NCBI GenBank assembly: GCA_012862495.1
Contig: BLSG01000438.1
Location: 16,211-67,299, forward strand
DNA from: Thraustochytrium aureum
Lineage: Eukaryota
Length of the DNA stretch: 51,089 bases
Reading direction: 5' to 3'
Shown here piece after piece: positions 21,495-33,400 of this stretch (the stretch's first letter is position 1; every line of letters starts with the position of its first letter). Under the pieces are notes generated by a model that saw nothing but the letters and a program-made list of their open reading frames with translations, did not search any database and was not told where the DNA came from. The translations under genes and the position numbers were made by a program.

Positions 21495-22593
21495 ATGATC
21501 GTCTGCGACGAGGACCTCCGCGTGGCGTACCGGGAGGCGCGCTTGCTGTATGGGTCGATTGACGAGTCGGACAAGGCCGGCAACGACCCGGAGCTGCAGG
21601 CGAGCTGCCGAAAGTGCCTCACCTTTTTGAGCGTGTGCGAGCAGGGCGTGCGCAAGTTGCAGGTTTTCTCAGCGAACGAGCTCGCGGAGGATGTCAACAC
21701 CAGCGACCTGGCGTACGTGCTGATCAACTACTACGCGGGCAAGCTCCGCCTCAAGGTGATGCCGGCCGACCCCTCTGGCGCCGGCCGCCTCGAGACCGTG
21801 CAGCAAGGCCGGGTACTCTTGGAGGCCTTCCTCGAGCGAGCGCTCAAGCTGGGCATGCTCGACGCGGACGACAAGGCCGGTTTTTGGCGCACCAGGGCGA
21901 CGGCCGGCCCCCACAGCTTGCGCGCGAAGCGAAGATGGAGCGGTTCAAGCAGTCGCGCGCGGCGCAGACCCGCCTCGCAGAGGTAGAGGCGCGGTTGCGC
22001 CTCATGAAGGCCGGGAGATCGAGGACGACGACCTCGAGCGGGAGCGCGCCGTGCTCGACATCAAGTGCGCAATCAAGAATGCGCTGGACGAGATCGAGTC
22101 CGCTGCGCAAGAGGAGCAGATCTTGCAGCATATGGCCAAGATGAACTTGCGTTTTTCGTCGGCGGAGAACCCTCTGCCGCCTGCGCCGCCGAGCAAGGGC
22201 CTGGTAAGTTTTGGGGTGAGAAGGGTCCGCTGAGAAGAGGTTGCAGGCGGCTGACCTTTGCTCTGCGCCCCTTTAGACGGTCACGCACGTGCACAAAGGC
22301 TCAACGTGACACGGGAGACGATCAAGTCGGAGATTTTCCGGCCGAGTTGGGCGCAGCCAACCATGTCGCTCGAAGAGTTTGCAGAAATGGAGCTTCAAGA
22401 CGCGCTCGAGCGCGAGCGCCGCGAGAAGGACAAGGCCCAGAACAACCCGGACGTCCGCTCAGCCGAGGAGCTGCTTGCGCAAGGCCTAGAAGACGACAAG
22501 GATCTGGCGGACCAGGCCGCCAAGAAGGACCGAGACTGGGACGACTGGAAGGACGATCACCCGAAGGGGCGCGGCGTCACCAAGAGGTTTTGA
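21495..22593 (+). CDS. TAP42: TAP42/alpha4 (IGBP1) PP2A regulator; intron 22204-22276 and three homopolymer frameshifts
   Basis: VFSANELAEDVNTSDLAYVLINYY, REAKMERFK, PTMSLEEFAEME and DRDWDDWKDDHPKGRG. Confidence 0.9.
22204..22276 (+). other. Spliceosomal intron (73 nt) in TAP42
   Basis: GTAAGT donor, CTGAC branch point, pyrimidine tract ending in TTTAG; the intron contains an in-frame stop. Confidence 0.8.
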
Positions 22594-22861
22594 GCGAGGG
22601 GTGTAGTAGCTTTGGGCTTGGCGCAGCTTTTGCCTGGCAGTGCCAGGGCGGGGCGGCGGGCGTTCTAGTACAGTAGCAGCGCCGTGAGCTAGATGTGATG
22701 TCGGCGAACGAAAGATGACGGACTTCTGAAAGCGCATCCCTTAGCCTGTTCTTCTCTAGAGCCGCACGCGCGTTCCTTTTTCATCGTTTGTCGCGCCCTG
22801 TTGCAATGTGCGGAGGCGGCGCCAGGTGCGGCCGGTTTCGCTCGCATCGTCACCGTCATCG

Positions 22862-23185
22862 TCAGGTCTCGCTGACGAACTTGGCCACCTCCACGACGTA
22901 CTTGCCCACCTTGTACCGCTGCGAGGGGTTGTACGCAGCCTCATATTTCCAGCCGATCACCGCGTTGCAGTTCATGCACATCGCATCGCAAACAGTGTGG
23001 AGACCCGTGAGCAGAACGCGGTCTTCCCGAGGCCCAAGCTTCACGTTGACGGCTTGATTCATCAGGTAGGCTCTCCCATTCCTGCCGTGAAACGCCTTGG
23101 ACACGACGTCGTCGTGAACCGCCAGGTGCGTGCGGCACCCAGCGCAGCTCAACACGCGCGGCGCGTCCAGCTGCACGAGGCCCAT
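22862..23185 (-). CDS. Yippee-like (YPEL) zinc-binding protein
   Basis: CAGCRTHL, SKAFHGRNGRAYL, LLTGLHTVCD, CMNC, GWKYEAAY and QRYKVGKY. Start uncertain. Confidence 0.92.
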   Translation of the reverse strand: MGLVQLDAPRVLSCAGCRTHLAVHDDVVSKAFHGRNGRAYLMNQAVNVKLGPREDRVLLTGLHTVCDAMCMNCNAVIGWKYEAAYNPSQRYKVGKYVVEVAKFVSET

Positions 23186-23626
23186 CCGCCGGCGCACGAG
23201 CACGTCCTCCGCAGGCCGGCCGTCCTGTCGCTCCACCAACCCGACGCCCCCAAGCCTCCAANNNNNNNNNNNNNNNNNNNNNNNNNNNNNNNNNNNNNNN
23301 NNNNNNNNNNNNNNNNNNNNNNNNNNNNNNNNNNNNNNNNNNNNNNNNNNNNNNNNNNNNNNNNNNNNNNNNNNNNNNNNNNNNNNNNNNNNNNNNNNNN
23401 NNNNNNNNNNNNNNNNNNNNNNNNNNNNNCGAGCGAGCTCTTCGCTGTTCATTGCCGAGTTCTCCTTGCTCCTGAATTTCAATACTAAGACGACTACTGA
23501 ATAGGAGGTGTGCATCGCATTGAATACTAAAATTCAAGACGTGGACTCGGGTTACATGGGGATAACTATTGAATGTCGCGCACACCAAGCCGACCGAGCA
23601 CAAAGGCACTCATCAGTCCCTCAAAG

Positions 23627-23740
23627 GCGCACGCACGGACGCGCAGCAGGCAGCAGGCACGCAGGCACGCAGGCACGCAGGCACGCACGGACGCACGGAC
23701 GGACGCGCGGCAGGCAGGCAGGCAGACGCGCGCGCGCGCA
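23627..23740. repeat. Compound GCAGGCAC/GCAG/GGAC/CG simple-repeat array between the divergent Yippee and pseudokinase genes
   Basis: Several gcaggcac copies, then gcacggac, (gcag)n and (cg)n, read directly. Confidence 0.75.
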
Positions 23741-23816
23741 CGAGGAAGCGCACGGTGGCAGCGGCGCGCAGTCCTCTCGCAGAGGTAGGTCCCTCTGTGG
23801 TGTGAGGGCGCTCGAA

Positions 23817-26800
23817 ATGGCGGGCCCCGAGCACCAGGCGGAAGGGGCTTTGGTGGAAGCGGAGCATGCCCCGCCAAACGCAGGCGACAACGTCGCGGCC
23901 CGGAGCAAGCGGACGTTTGAAGAGGACCGCTGGACGAAGCGCGTCTCGTTTGCGCAGGACAAGCTTGCGAAGGCCGCAGACTCTGCCAAGGCAAGCGAGG
24001 CCGCCGCCGCAGAGCAAATATGGAAGCTCGCGGGAGAAATAACGGCGCGGGCCACCGCGCTGACGTTTATGAGGCGCAAGCGCAAGTCGATCCTCGATTT
24101 CTTTGCTTTCTTCGACAGCACAAAGACCAAGTTGCACACGTGGAACACGTTTGAGGTGGAGGGCACCCTGCTCCGTCTCTTCGAAAGCATCAGCAAACTC
24201 GAAGAAGCCACGAACGGCCTGTTCGGGTTCCTCGTTGCGTTCAGCGTCCTCGACATTGAGCGCGCCAACATTAACGACACGCTGCTGCTGCTCAGCCTCC
24301 ACCTCGTGGAGCACTTGAACGGGACCTTGGAGCAACCACGGACTGCAGCGCCGGCTAGACGCCGAGGACGCGCTCGACGCCCTGGAAGACAGCCAGGTCT
24401 ACAGGCAGCACCTTGCCGAGCTGGTCCAGAAAGCCGAGATTGCGAGCGAGCAGGGCGAGCAAGGCAACGAGAACGCCTCGCAGGAAACCGACCGCCGCTT
24501 GGGGCGGCACGCCGAAAGTCTGCTCGCCGCTCTGAAAGAGTCCGACCAGGACATATCTCGCGGGCAGCTCTTCAGCACCGCCGACCTCGATGACGACGCA
24601 CCCAAGCTGGGCGTGCTCGACCTCGGCCGCCACAACATCTACCGCGTGTTTTCAATCACCAAGCTGATCACCACAGAAGCCAATGCCGCGCTCGACGCGC
24701 TCGAGTCGATCGCGCCGCCTCTTCTGGAGCAGAGCCTCGTGTCGGATGTCTCGCGCGTGCAAATCGACGGGCGCGAGTTCTTCCAGGAGAATTGGAGCAA
24801 GCGCGACGTTCTCGTCTACCGGCCATACTCCAAGAGGAACCGCCCCGAGTTGCCTTCCTCGTTCAGGCTCGACCAGCTCCAGTTCCAGGCCAGGGTCGAG
24901 ATCCGCCAAGAGCTCCGGCGCTGGCGCGCACTCGAGCACAGCAACGTGCTGCGCGTCTTTGGCGCAAGCTTTGTAGGCAACTCGATCGCCGTCGTTCTCG
25001 AGCCGTGCGACATGTCCCTCTCCAGCGTCTTGTACAAGGAGGGCCGCGACATCAAGCAAAAGGAAGTCGAGACGATTGTTCGAGGGGTGGCTCGTGGGCT
25101 CGCTTTTCTCCACGAGAACAACATCGTCCACCGGCAGGTTTGCCCGCAAAACGTCCTTGTGAGCCACGACCTCGGCGTCAAGCTCTCTGGGTTCGGCTGC
25201 GCTTGGGTGGAAAGCGACGCGCGCAGCGATATCCAGAGTATGTACCCTTANNNNNNNNNNNNNNNNNNNNNNNNNNNNNNNNNNNNNNNNNNNNNNNNNN
25301 NNNNNNNNNNNNNNNNNNNNNNNNNNNNNNNNNNNNNNNNNNNNNNNNNNNNNNNNNNNNNNNNNNNNNNNNNNNNNNNNNNNNNNNNNNNNNNNNNNNN
25401 NNNNNNNNNNNNNNNNNNNNNNNNNNNNNNNNNNNNNNNNNNNNNNNNNNNNNNNNNNNNNNNNCGAGCGCCCGCCCTTCGACTCAACGAGCGCTGTGCC
25501 CGAGGCCTGGTTCGAAGACCTGGTCACCGCGTGCTGGGACCGCAACATAGTGCACCGCCCCACAGCGTCGATGGCGCTCGCTGTGATTGTGAAGAACACG
25601 AAGAGCACCGTGCGCACGTCCCAGCGCGTCATGCAGGGTCTGCTCAGCTTTATTCCAGCCCGCAAGCAGTTGAGCCCGAGGAGCTTCCTCCACACCCTCG
25701 AAAAGACGGACAACGACGCTGCCGCCCTCGCCGCGCTCGACGCGCCCTCTACACACAAATGGTCAAAGAGATTCGCCCCAAAAGCAAGAAGGGCAAGGAC
25801 ACGACCGGAGCCGAGTGGTATTTCGACCGCCTGTGGAACCTCGGTGGCCCCAAACGAGTGCTCGACGCCATGGTGCGATTCAAGGCGCACCCGGGAGTCC
25901 AGGCGACGGGGTGCCGCCTCGTGCGCGTCATGGGCCAGTCCGCGTTTGAGCCCTCGTTTTCGCAGCGGCAGCTTGAGCTGGTTGTCTCGTTTGGAGCGGG
26001 CGAGGCTGTCGTCGATGCCGTGCGGCAGCATGGGGCCAATGCCGAGATAGCGGAAAGCGCGTGCGGGGCCCTCAAAAGCCTGAGTTCGGCCGGCGAAGAC
26101 TACAGCGGCACGGCTCAGCGCCGCCAAAATCTCCTCGATCTCAAGGCCCACAAGGCCTCTTGGAAACGATGGAGGCGCACCCTGACAATGCCACCATTCA
26201 GGCCAATGCGTGCGCGGCGCTAAAGCACCTCGGCTTCCTCCAGGTCTCGCTCAGAGAGCCCGACGTCGTGGAGTCCATTCCGGTGATCATTGCCGCCGTC
26301 AAGCGCTGCGGGTCAGACATAGAGGTGGCGCGGCATGGGACCGGGGCCCTGATGAACCTCTCGTTCGACGGGTCCGTGCAGTCGCGCATTATCGACGAGG
26401 GCGGCGTCGACGTCTTATTTTGGGCCATCTCAACGTTTGCGGATCTGCCCGACGTGTCGAGTGCTGTGTTTCTGGCGTTCTGGAACCTCTGCTTTTGCGA
26501 CGAATCCGTTGCGACCAAGCTGCTTGAGCTCGGCATTGACGACACCCTGAGGCACGCTGCGGCCAAGCTTCGAACCGAGCCGATAGTGGTCGGCAACGCG
26601 CTGTCTCTCATCGACAGCTTGGCCTGGCTGGAGCCGAATCGCCGGCGCCTCCAAGTGAGCGGGTTTGCGGCCCTTGTTTTCGGCCTGCTTCAGCAGTGGC
26701 CCGACTCGGAGGAGATATGGGAGAGCGGCGTGGCGGCCTTGAAGAGCCTCGCATGGGGGGACAAAGGCCGAACGATTGACTCTGCCGGTCTTGAGTGGCT

Positions 26801-27821
26801 CTTCGGCCGGGTGGTGGGCAAATTTGTTCGCAATACGGAGATCGTGCGTCACGCTGTCCTCTTTCTGCAAAACCTGACCTGCGAGGAGGACAACCTCGAC
26901 TCGATCTTTCAGATCGGTGGCGCCACCTGGGTCATGCGCGTGATGACCTCGCACCCTGGCGAGGAGGTCGTCCAAGAGGCTGGGTGCGGGGCGCTCTGCA
27001 ACCTTGCCACGCCATCCGGGTACAAGCGCTCAATTTACAAAGCGGGCGCCTCGACCTGGATCCAGCGCGCGATGCGCAACCACCCGACAAACCTAACCAT
27101 CCAAAAGAACGGCTCCACGGCGCTCATCAGGCTCGCGCAGTGTGAAGCAAACCACAAGGAGATGACCGAACCGAGCGACGCGATAGTTGCGGGCCTGGTC
27201 AAAGCTGCGACCATGCGCTTCCCCGAGCTTCTCGGCCTTCCCGACCTAGTCGACGTCTCGGACATCTTCCCAATCAGCGAGGCAGCTCTGGAGAACTGCA
27301 CTATTTGCCTCGAGCCGCTCTGTTTCGAGGACGTAGGCTATCCGTTTCGCTGCCAGCACAGCTTTCACACAAAGTGCGCCACAAAGTGGAGCAAGGTCCA
27401 GAACACCTGCCCGCTGTGCAGGGCAGAGCCTTCGGACGACTTTGTGCCGTCCGACGACGCGAGCGACATCGACCCGCACTTGGAGGAGGACGATATCTTC
27501 CTGCAGCCGTTCCTGGACGCATTGCAGAACGAGCAGGACGAAGACGAACTGGACCGATCGCCTGCGAACTCCCTGCCGCCCAACGCAGTCGACGCAGTGC
27601 TGAGCAGGCTTTTTGGTGCCGGGGGGCGAGCCGGCCCGAGTGGGAACCGTTCGGCGACAATGACGGACAATGCTGCCAGCTTGCGCGTCGCCCTGGCAGA
27701 GCTCCACTCCCTCACCGACAACGACGACGAGGAGGACGACGAGTCTGGCGTCGTTCTGAGCAGCTCTTTGACAGTGAGCAGCTCTTCGCAAGACTCTGCC
27801 CTTCAAGACGAGGCGGACTGA
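23817..27821 (+). CDS. MLKL-like helical bundle - pseudokinase - ARM repeats - RING-H2 protein; one gap, frameshifts near 24330, 25745 and 26156
   Basis: Kinase fold (LEHSNVLRVFGA, GLAFLHENNIVHRQVCPQNVLV, VKLSGFG, DLVTACWDRNIVHRPTA). ARM-like repeats (HPGVQATGC, HPDNATIQANACAAL, VQEAGCGALCNLA). RING-H2 CTIC..CQHSFHTKC..W..TCPLC at 27297-27419. Confidence 0.8.
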
Positions 27822-27990
27822 TGGCCGAGTGACGGCTGAGAGAAGGGCGAGTAGCCGCGCCCGTGCGTTCGTCACGGCGCGGTGTAGGTGGCGGGCGCGT
27901 GGCGGTGTTTGTCTGTTTCCAAGGTTTTCGTATTTTGTTTTGCGCAGTTTTGTCTTCTATTTGCATAGAGCCTCAGCGGCACGCCCTGGT

Positions 27991-30033
27991 TCACAGTCCG
28001 TAAAAGTCGCACAACAGTTTGCCGTGAAACTGCCGAATGTAGCGATCAGAGCAGTCGACGGGGCGCCCGAAATTCAGCCCCGGAATGGCCACGCGCCAAA
28101 CACGCTCGCCGCTTTGCGCCTTGTACATCTTGATCACCTCGGGCTCACCCTCCTCGCCAATCGACGTGCTGGCGGCATTGGCGTGGCGTGCAGGCGCATT
28201 CGAAGCCTTCGCTTCCACATCCTCGCGGTGGCCAGGGGACCTTGACGCTGGGTTTCCCCGCTCGAGCGTCGAAGTGAACGAGTCTTTCGAGGCTGCGCGA
28301 CGACGCCTCGCANNNNNNNNNNNNNNNNNNNNNNNNNNNNNNNNNNNNNNNNNNNNNNNNNNNNNNNNNNNNNNNNNNNNNNNNNNNNNNNNNNNNNNNN
28401 NNNNNNNNNNNNNNNNNNNNNNNNNNNNNNNNNNNNNNNNNNNNNNNNNNNNNNNNNNNNNNNNNNNNNNNNNNNNNNNNNNNNNNNNNNNNNNNNNNNN
28501 NNNNNNNNNNNNNNNNNNNNNGGCTCGGCTCTCGCTGTCGCTCGGCGGCTCGGTGCTTGGCATCGAGTCGCTTCGAACCACGGTTCCCTCGCGAGGTGGA
28601 ACAGAATACCTTTCCAGCGCCGCATCGGAGTTGGATGCACGTGTTGACGCGGGACCCAGCTCCGCGCTCGGAACAGCCGCCTGGGGTGCAACAGGGCGAG
28701 CGGCGGAGTGTCGCGTCGGCAAAGGCCGCAGCGGATCGGCGCGCGAGCCCAGCGCCTTGCGCGTCGGCAGCTTGATCATTTTCACAGGGCGACTCACGGC
28801 GGCGAGGGCCGGAGCGACCGCAGGCCGCTTTCGCGACGCTAGCGCGACCGAGTCGGCAGCCACCTGAGCAATCGCGGTGGCCCGCGCAGAGGAAACGGGG
28901 GCCGCCGGCCGCCTGGCCCGCTCAGGCTCGCCCGCCTCGCTACTGCTCCTGGCTTGACGCTCGGCTAACTGGAGCTTGGACCCCCCGCGCCCGCCCCTTT
29001 TCGGGGCTCCTTTCTTCCCTTTCTTCCCCCCCTCAAGCGATGACGTAGACGATGAGAAGGACGAGGAGGACGAGGAGGAGGACAGCGAGAGGTCGTTGAT
29101 GTACTGCTCATCGTCGTCTTGGGCGCCCAGCTTGGAGGACTCGAGCTCGGCCTGGGGCGACGACTCCCGAGCCGCCCTGACCCCTCTCGCTTTTGACCGT
29201 GCTTTTGGAACCAGACCCGAGCTTGGAGTCCCCTGCTTCGGGTTTGCCGACGGCTTGGGCGTGTTTGCGGGCGCTGAGGCGTGCTCTGCCCTCCAATGCG
29301 CGGGCTTCTCGGGCGGAGCCGTCAACTCGTCGTCGGTCTCGGACGACTCGTCCCTTTCGTTCAGGATGTCCTCCAACGCAATCTGGGCATCCTCGGTGTT
29401 GTCGTCGAGGAGGTTGTCGATGTAGAGGCTGGGGTTCTGCGGCGTGTTCCTGGGCTCGTCGGCGTCGCCAGCGTTGTTGTCCTCGTCGCTCTCTGATCCA
29501 GATTGCGAGCCGGGAAGCTGGGTTGTTGGCGCGGCGGATTCCGAGCCTCGGGCGAGTCCTCGCTTCCTGCGTTTGGCAGCACGCTCTTGGTGCAAAGCTT
29601 GTCGCTCCATGGCAACTTGCGTGGTGAAGTATCGCTCAAGTTCAGCACTGTAGCTCTCCTGCAGCGGGGCCGGCCGAGAGGTTGCTGTTAGACTGCGGGT
29701 TGCGGCGCAAGCATTCGCGCAAAGGGCAGCACTCGTTTTAAAAAACTCACCGGCACACCAATTTCTGCGCAGCAGAGGCGCCAGTCCATCGCGGCCCGCC
29801 AGTCTTGAACATTGGGGTGCTCTGCCAGCATCTTGGAGACCCACGTCCCGATTTCGTTCCGTCTCTGCTCGATCTGCTTCCGTGCCACCTTGCGCTCGGC
29901 GGAGGTCAGCGGCGAGACGCCTTTCNNNNNNNNNNNNNNNNNNNNNNNNNNNNNNNNNNNNNNNNNNNNNNNNNNNNNNNNNNNNNNNNNNNNNNNNNNN
30001 NNNNNNNNNNNNNNNNNNNNNNCGGACTGGCAT
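27991..30033 (-). CDS. Nuclear protein with a long acidic/basic disordered linker and a C-terminal chromoshadow-like domain; intron 29659-29750
   Basis: Splicing gives ..AEIGVP/ESYSAEL.. in frame. NLS-like AAKRRKR. C-terminus EPEVIKMYKAQSGERVWRVAIPGLNFGRPVDCSDRYIRQFHGKLLCDFY. Confidence 0.6.
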   Translation of the reverse strand: MPVXXXXXXXXXXXXXXXXXXXXXXXXXXXXXXXXXERRLAADLRRAQGGTEADRAETERNRDVGLQDAGRAPQCSRLAGRDGLAPLLRRNWCAGEFFKTSAALCANACAATRSLTATSRPAPLQESYSAELERYFTTQVAMERQALHQERAAKRRKRGLARGSESAAPTTQLPGSQSGSESDEDNNAGDADEPRNTPQNPSLYIDNLLDDNTEDAQIALEDILNERDESSETDDELTAPPEKPAHWRAEHASAPANTPKPSANPKQGTPSSGLVPKARSKARGVRAARESSPQAELESSKLGAQDDDEQYINDLSLSSSSSSSSFSSSTSSLEGGKKGKKGAPKRGGRGGSKLQLAERQARSSSEAGEPERARRPAAPVSSARATAIAQVAADSVALASRKRPAVAPALAAVSRPVKMIKLPTRKALGSRADPLRPLPTRHSAARPVAPQAAVPSAELGPASTRASNSDAALERYSVPPREGTVVRSDSMPSTEPPSDSESRAXXXXXXXXXXXXXXXXXXXXXXXXXXXXXXXXXXXXXXXXXXXXXXXXXXXXXXXXXXXXXXXXXXXXXXARRRRAASKDSFTSTLERGNPASRSPGHREDVEAKASNAPARHANAASTSIGEEGEPEVIKMYKAQSGERVWRVAIPGLNFGRPVDCSDRYIRQFHGKLLCDFYGL
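29659..29750 (-). other. Spliceosomal intron (92 nt)
   Basis: GTGAGT donor, CTAAC branch point, CTGCAG acceptor; removal joins two ORFs in frame. Confidence 0.8.
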
Positions 30034-30053
30034 CGCCCTCCGCCTCTCCGCTC

Positions 30054-30054
<1 letters not shown>

Positions 30055-30118
<64 letters not shown>
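30055..30118. repeat. (CCTG)16 microsatellite
   Basis: 64 bp of perfect CCTG repeats. Confidence 0.95.
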
Positions 30119-30482
30119 CGCCCAGACCCGCCCGCGCCTGTGAAGCCCGAGGCGCCCTATCCTGTCGCGCGCCAGTCGCCTGCTCGAAGCGCTGCCTGCG
30201 CAGGCGGGCTCCCGCGCCCGAGCCTGCCCGCGCCAGCGACTCGGCGACCAGCCGGTTCGCGTCTTCCAGCCGGCGCCCGGCTCGCCCTGGTCTCGCGAGA
30301 CGCTGCCTGCGCGAGCGCGTGGCCCAGCGCGCACCGGCCGCGAGCAAGTTGGACGAGGCGCCAAGCTCGACCTCGTGGCGACCATGTCGCGGCGCTTCCG
30401 GCCCGCGTCAGGCCAGGTTGCGCCAGCCCCGAAGAGGCTTGTCAGCGGGCCCGCCGATGCAGCGGCGGACGCGGGCGAGGCT

Positions 30483-33400
30483 TTAGCTCTCGTTGACGAC
30501 GCAGGCTGGTGCCTGGCAGTACGTGTAAATGTTGCCCTCGCGGTGGAACAGAGTCGAGCGCTCTGCGGCGCGCCGGCCTGTCGAGATCAACTCCACGAGG
30601 TCCTCGATGAGCACCGGGTTGAGGCTAAAGTAGTTGTGGCGCAGGGAGTGCACGTTACTGTCCATCCACGTCGTGTCGATGGCGTCCAGGTCGAGCCACC
30701 GGCGGCGAGGTTGGCGGTGGCGTTTGGGCCTTGCCCCGCGCCTCATGCGCTCGAGCAGTGAACGCGGCGCACGCATATAGAGGAGCGGGGGGGGCGCTGC
30801 GGACGGGGCGTCCATGCTCGTCCGGAGGCGCGTTGAGCAACGTTACGCTCTTGCCCATGGTCAGCTTTTTGGAGAACAGCCTGTCCTGGCCCACAGACGC
30901 TTGCGAGGAGCGGCCGGCTGGGGTCCAGCTCCGACACGAGAAAGAAGACGGGCAGCAAGAGTCCTCATCTGGCGGAGCGCTCACGTGGGGACCGTCTGGG
31001 CTCCGCGGTGGTACCTGCAAGTGGCTCGGGTACGCGTTGCCCCCAAAGTAGTATTCTAGCGTCTGCATCGCGCCGTTGCCCAANNNNNNNNNNNNNNNNN
31101 NNNNNNNNNNNNNNNNNNNNNNNNNNNNNNNNNNNNNNNNNNNNNNNNNNNNNNNNNNNNNNNNNNNNNNNNNNNNNNNNNNNNNNNNNNNNNNNNNNNN
31201 NNNNNNNNNNNNNNNNNNNNNNNNNNNNNNNNNNNNNNNNNNNNNNNNNNNNNNNNNNNNNNNNNNNNNNNNNNNNNNNNNNNNNNNNNNNNNNNNNNNN
31301 NNNNNNNNNNNNNNNNNNNNNNNNNNNNNNNNNNNNNNNNNNNNNNNNNNNNNNNNNNNNNNNNNNNNNNNNNNNNNNNNNNNNNNNNNNNNNNNNNNNN
31401 NNNNNNNNNNNNNNNNNNNNNNNNNNNNNNNNNNNNNNNNNNNNNNNNNNNNNNNNNNNNNNNNNNNNNNNNNNNNNNNNNNNNNNNNNNNNNNNNNNNN
31501 NNNNNNNNNNNNNNNNNNNNNNNNNNNNNNNNNNNNNNNNNNNNNNNNNNNNNNNNNNNNNNNNNNNNNNNNNNNNNNNNNNNNNNNNNNNNNNNNNNNN
31601 NNNNNNNNNNNNNNNNNNNNNNNNNNNNNNNNNNNNNNNNNNNNNNNNNNNNNNNNNNNNNNNNNNNNNNNNNNNNNNNNNNNNNNNNNNNNNNNNNNNN
31701 NNNNNNNNNNNNNNNNNNNNNNNNNNNNNNNNNNNNNNNNNNNNNNNNNNNNNNNNNNNNNNNNNNNNNNNNNNNNNNNNNNNNNNNNNNNNNNNNNNNN
31801 NNNNNNNNNNNNNNNNNNNNNNNNNNNNNNNNNNNNNNNNNNNNNNNNNNNNNNNNNNNNNNNNNNNNNNNNNNNNNNNNNNNNNNNNNNNNNNNNNNNN
31901 NNNNNNNNNNNNNNNNNNNNNNNNNNNNNNNNNNNNNNNNNNNNNNNNNNNNNNNNNNNNNNNNNNNNNNNNNNNNNNNNNNNNNNNNNNNNNNNNNNNN
32001 NNNNNNNNNNNNNNNNNNNNNNNNNNNNNNNNNNNNNNNNNNNNNNNNNNNNNNNNNNNNNNNNNNNNNNNNNNNNGGATAAACGACGTCGATCACAAGT
32101 TGCCTGCACCGCCTGGACGAGGACTTGCCGCTCTCTGTGAAAATGTGCCCTGCCACCGTGACGCCGCGACCCGCTTTGGCCGAGACGAGGACGCTGGACA
32201 GCGGGTGCGCGACAGAGAGGTAGCGAATCCTGCCCAGGCAGTCGCCGACGGAGGCGCGCTGGGGCGGCTCGGAGCGTCCGTCTTCGAGGTCGACAAAGCC
32301 AGTTGCGACCTGACGTAGTTGGTTGGCCGCCGCAGCGACCACGGTCCCTGCGAGCGATTGCGAAGCGGAGGTCGGCGCGGGGCGAGCTGCTGAGGACTCG
32401 ATGCCAGCTGCGTCGCTGGCGAGCTCGTGTGGGCCGAACACGACTTTGGCCGACGGGAGGTGCGAGAAAAACCCACCCGAGATGCTGCACTCGACGCTTG
32501 CCACCCCGCACCTGAAGGGCCGCGCGTTGGTCGGGTTGGACTTGTACGTGGTGAACTCATCGTCTGTTGCCATGAAAAAGCTGATCATCAGGTTGTCGAA
32601 GGCGTAGCCAGACCCAAACTCCCGAGACCGAAAGGGCCCGACGGGCTTGCCGTGCTCCCACCACCCGGTGAGGACCTCGCCGTGGTAGCTGTCGTCCATC
32701 CAGTGACCGTAGCCGTGCGGGAGGCCCTCTGCATTTGTCTCGCCGCGGTAGGTGCAGGTGTTGCGGTTCCAAAACCCGGACGAGTACGTGAGGGTCCAGG
32801 GCCCGATGGCGCGCACCTCCCAAAAGTTCTCAGGTCCGATGGTCTTGCGGAACCACTCGGAGCCCAGCAAGTGCGGGTAAATGTAGTGGACAAAGACGTA
32901 AATCCACAGCGTCAGGACCTCCGCGACGGCCAGCAGCACCAGCAACCAGAGCGGCGTCTTGCTATCGAACAGGTTGTACTCGCGGTGCAAGAGCAAGTTG
33001 ACGACCTCGGCGAGCAGCAGCCAGTAGAGCATCCACCGGAAAACGACAATCACGCGCGTGAGCGTGTACACAAGGACAAAGAAGGTCACGACGGTGACCA
33101 GGGACCAAGAAACCGACCTGGCCTGTGCTAAACTTGACCTCAAAGTGCCCCGCGGCGAAATTCGCTCCGGCCACGCCAAAAACGAGCAGCAGTGTCAAGA
33201 ACACCCACAGCATCGTCCACGGCTTGTCGCTCTCGTACGTCCCGTGTATTTTCCGCAGCATTTTCCTCATCTGCATGAACTGAAACGTGATCTCCACCGG
33301 CGGCGGGCTCTCCTCCATCCCTTTGCGCAGCCTCATCCACTTCTTCTTCCTGCCATTCTTCTTGCTCGCGCGTCCGCGCGTCCCCGGCTGTCACCGTCGT

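Noticed and set aside
19684..22593. Calling the frameshifted ProRS and TAP42 pseudogenes
   Set aside because: The motifs are fully conserved and every break is a single-base homopolymer deletion, which points to sequencing error.
24750..26925. RHIM-like cores (VQIDG, FQIGG) in the MLKL-like protein
   Set aside because: Neither matches (I/V)Q(I/V)G in a disordered context; both lie inside predicted folded kinase or ARM regions.
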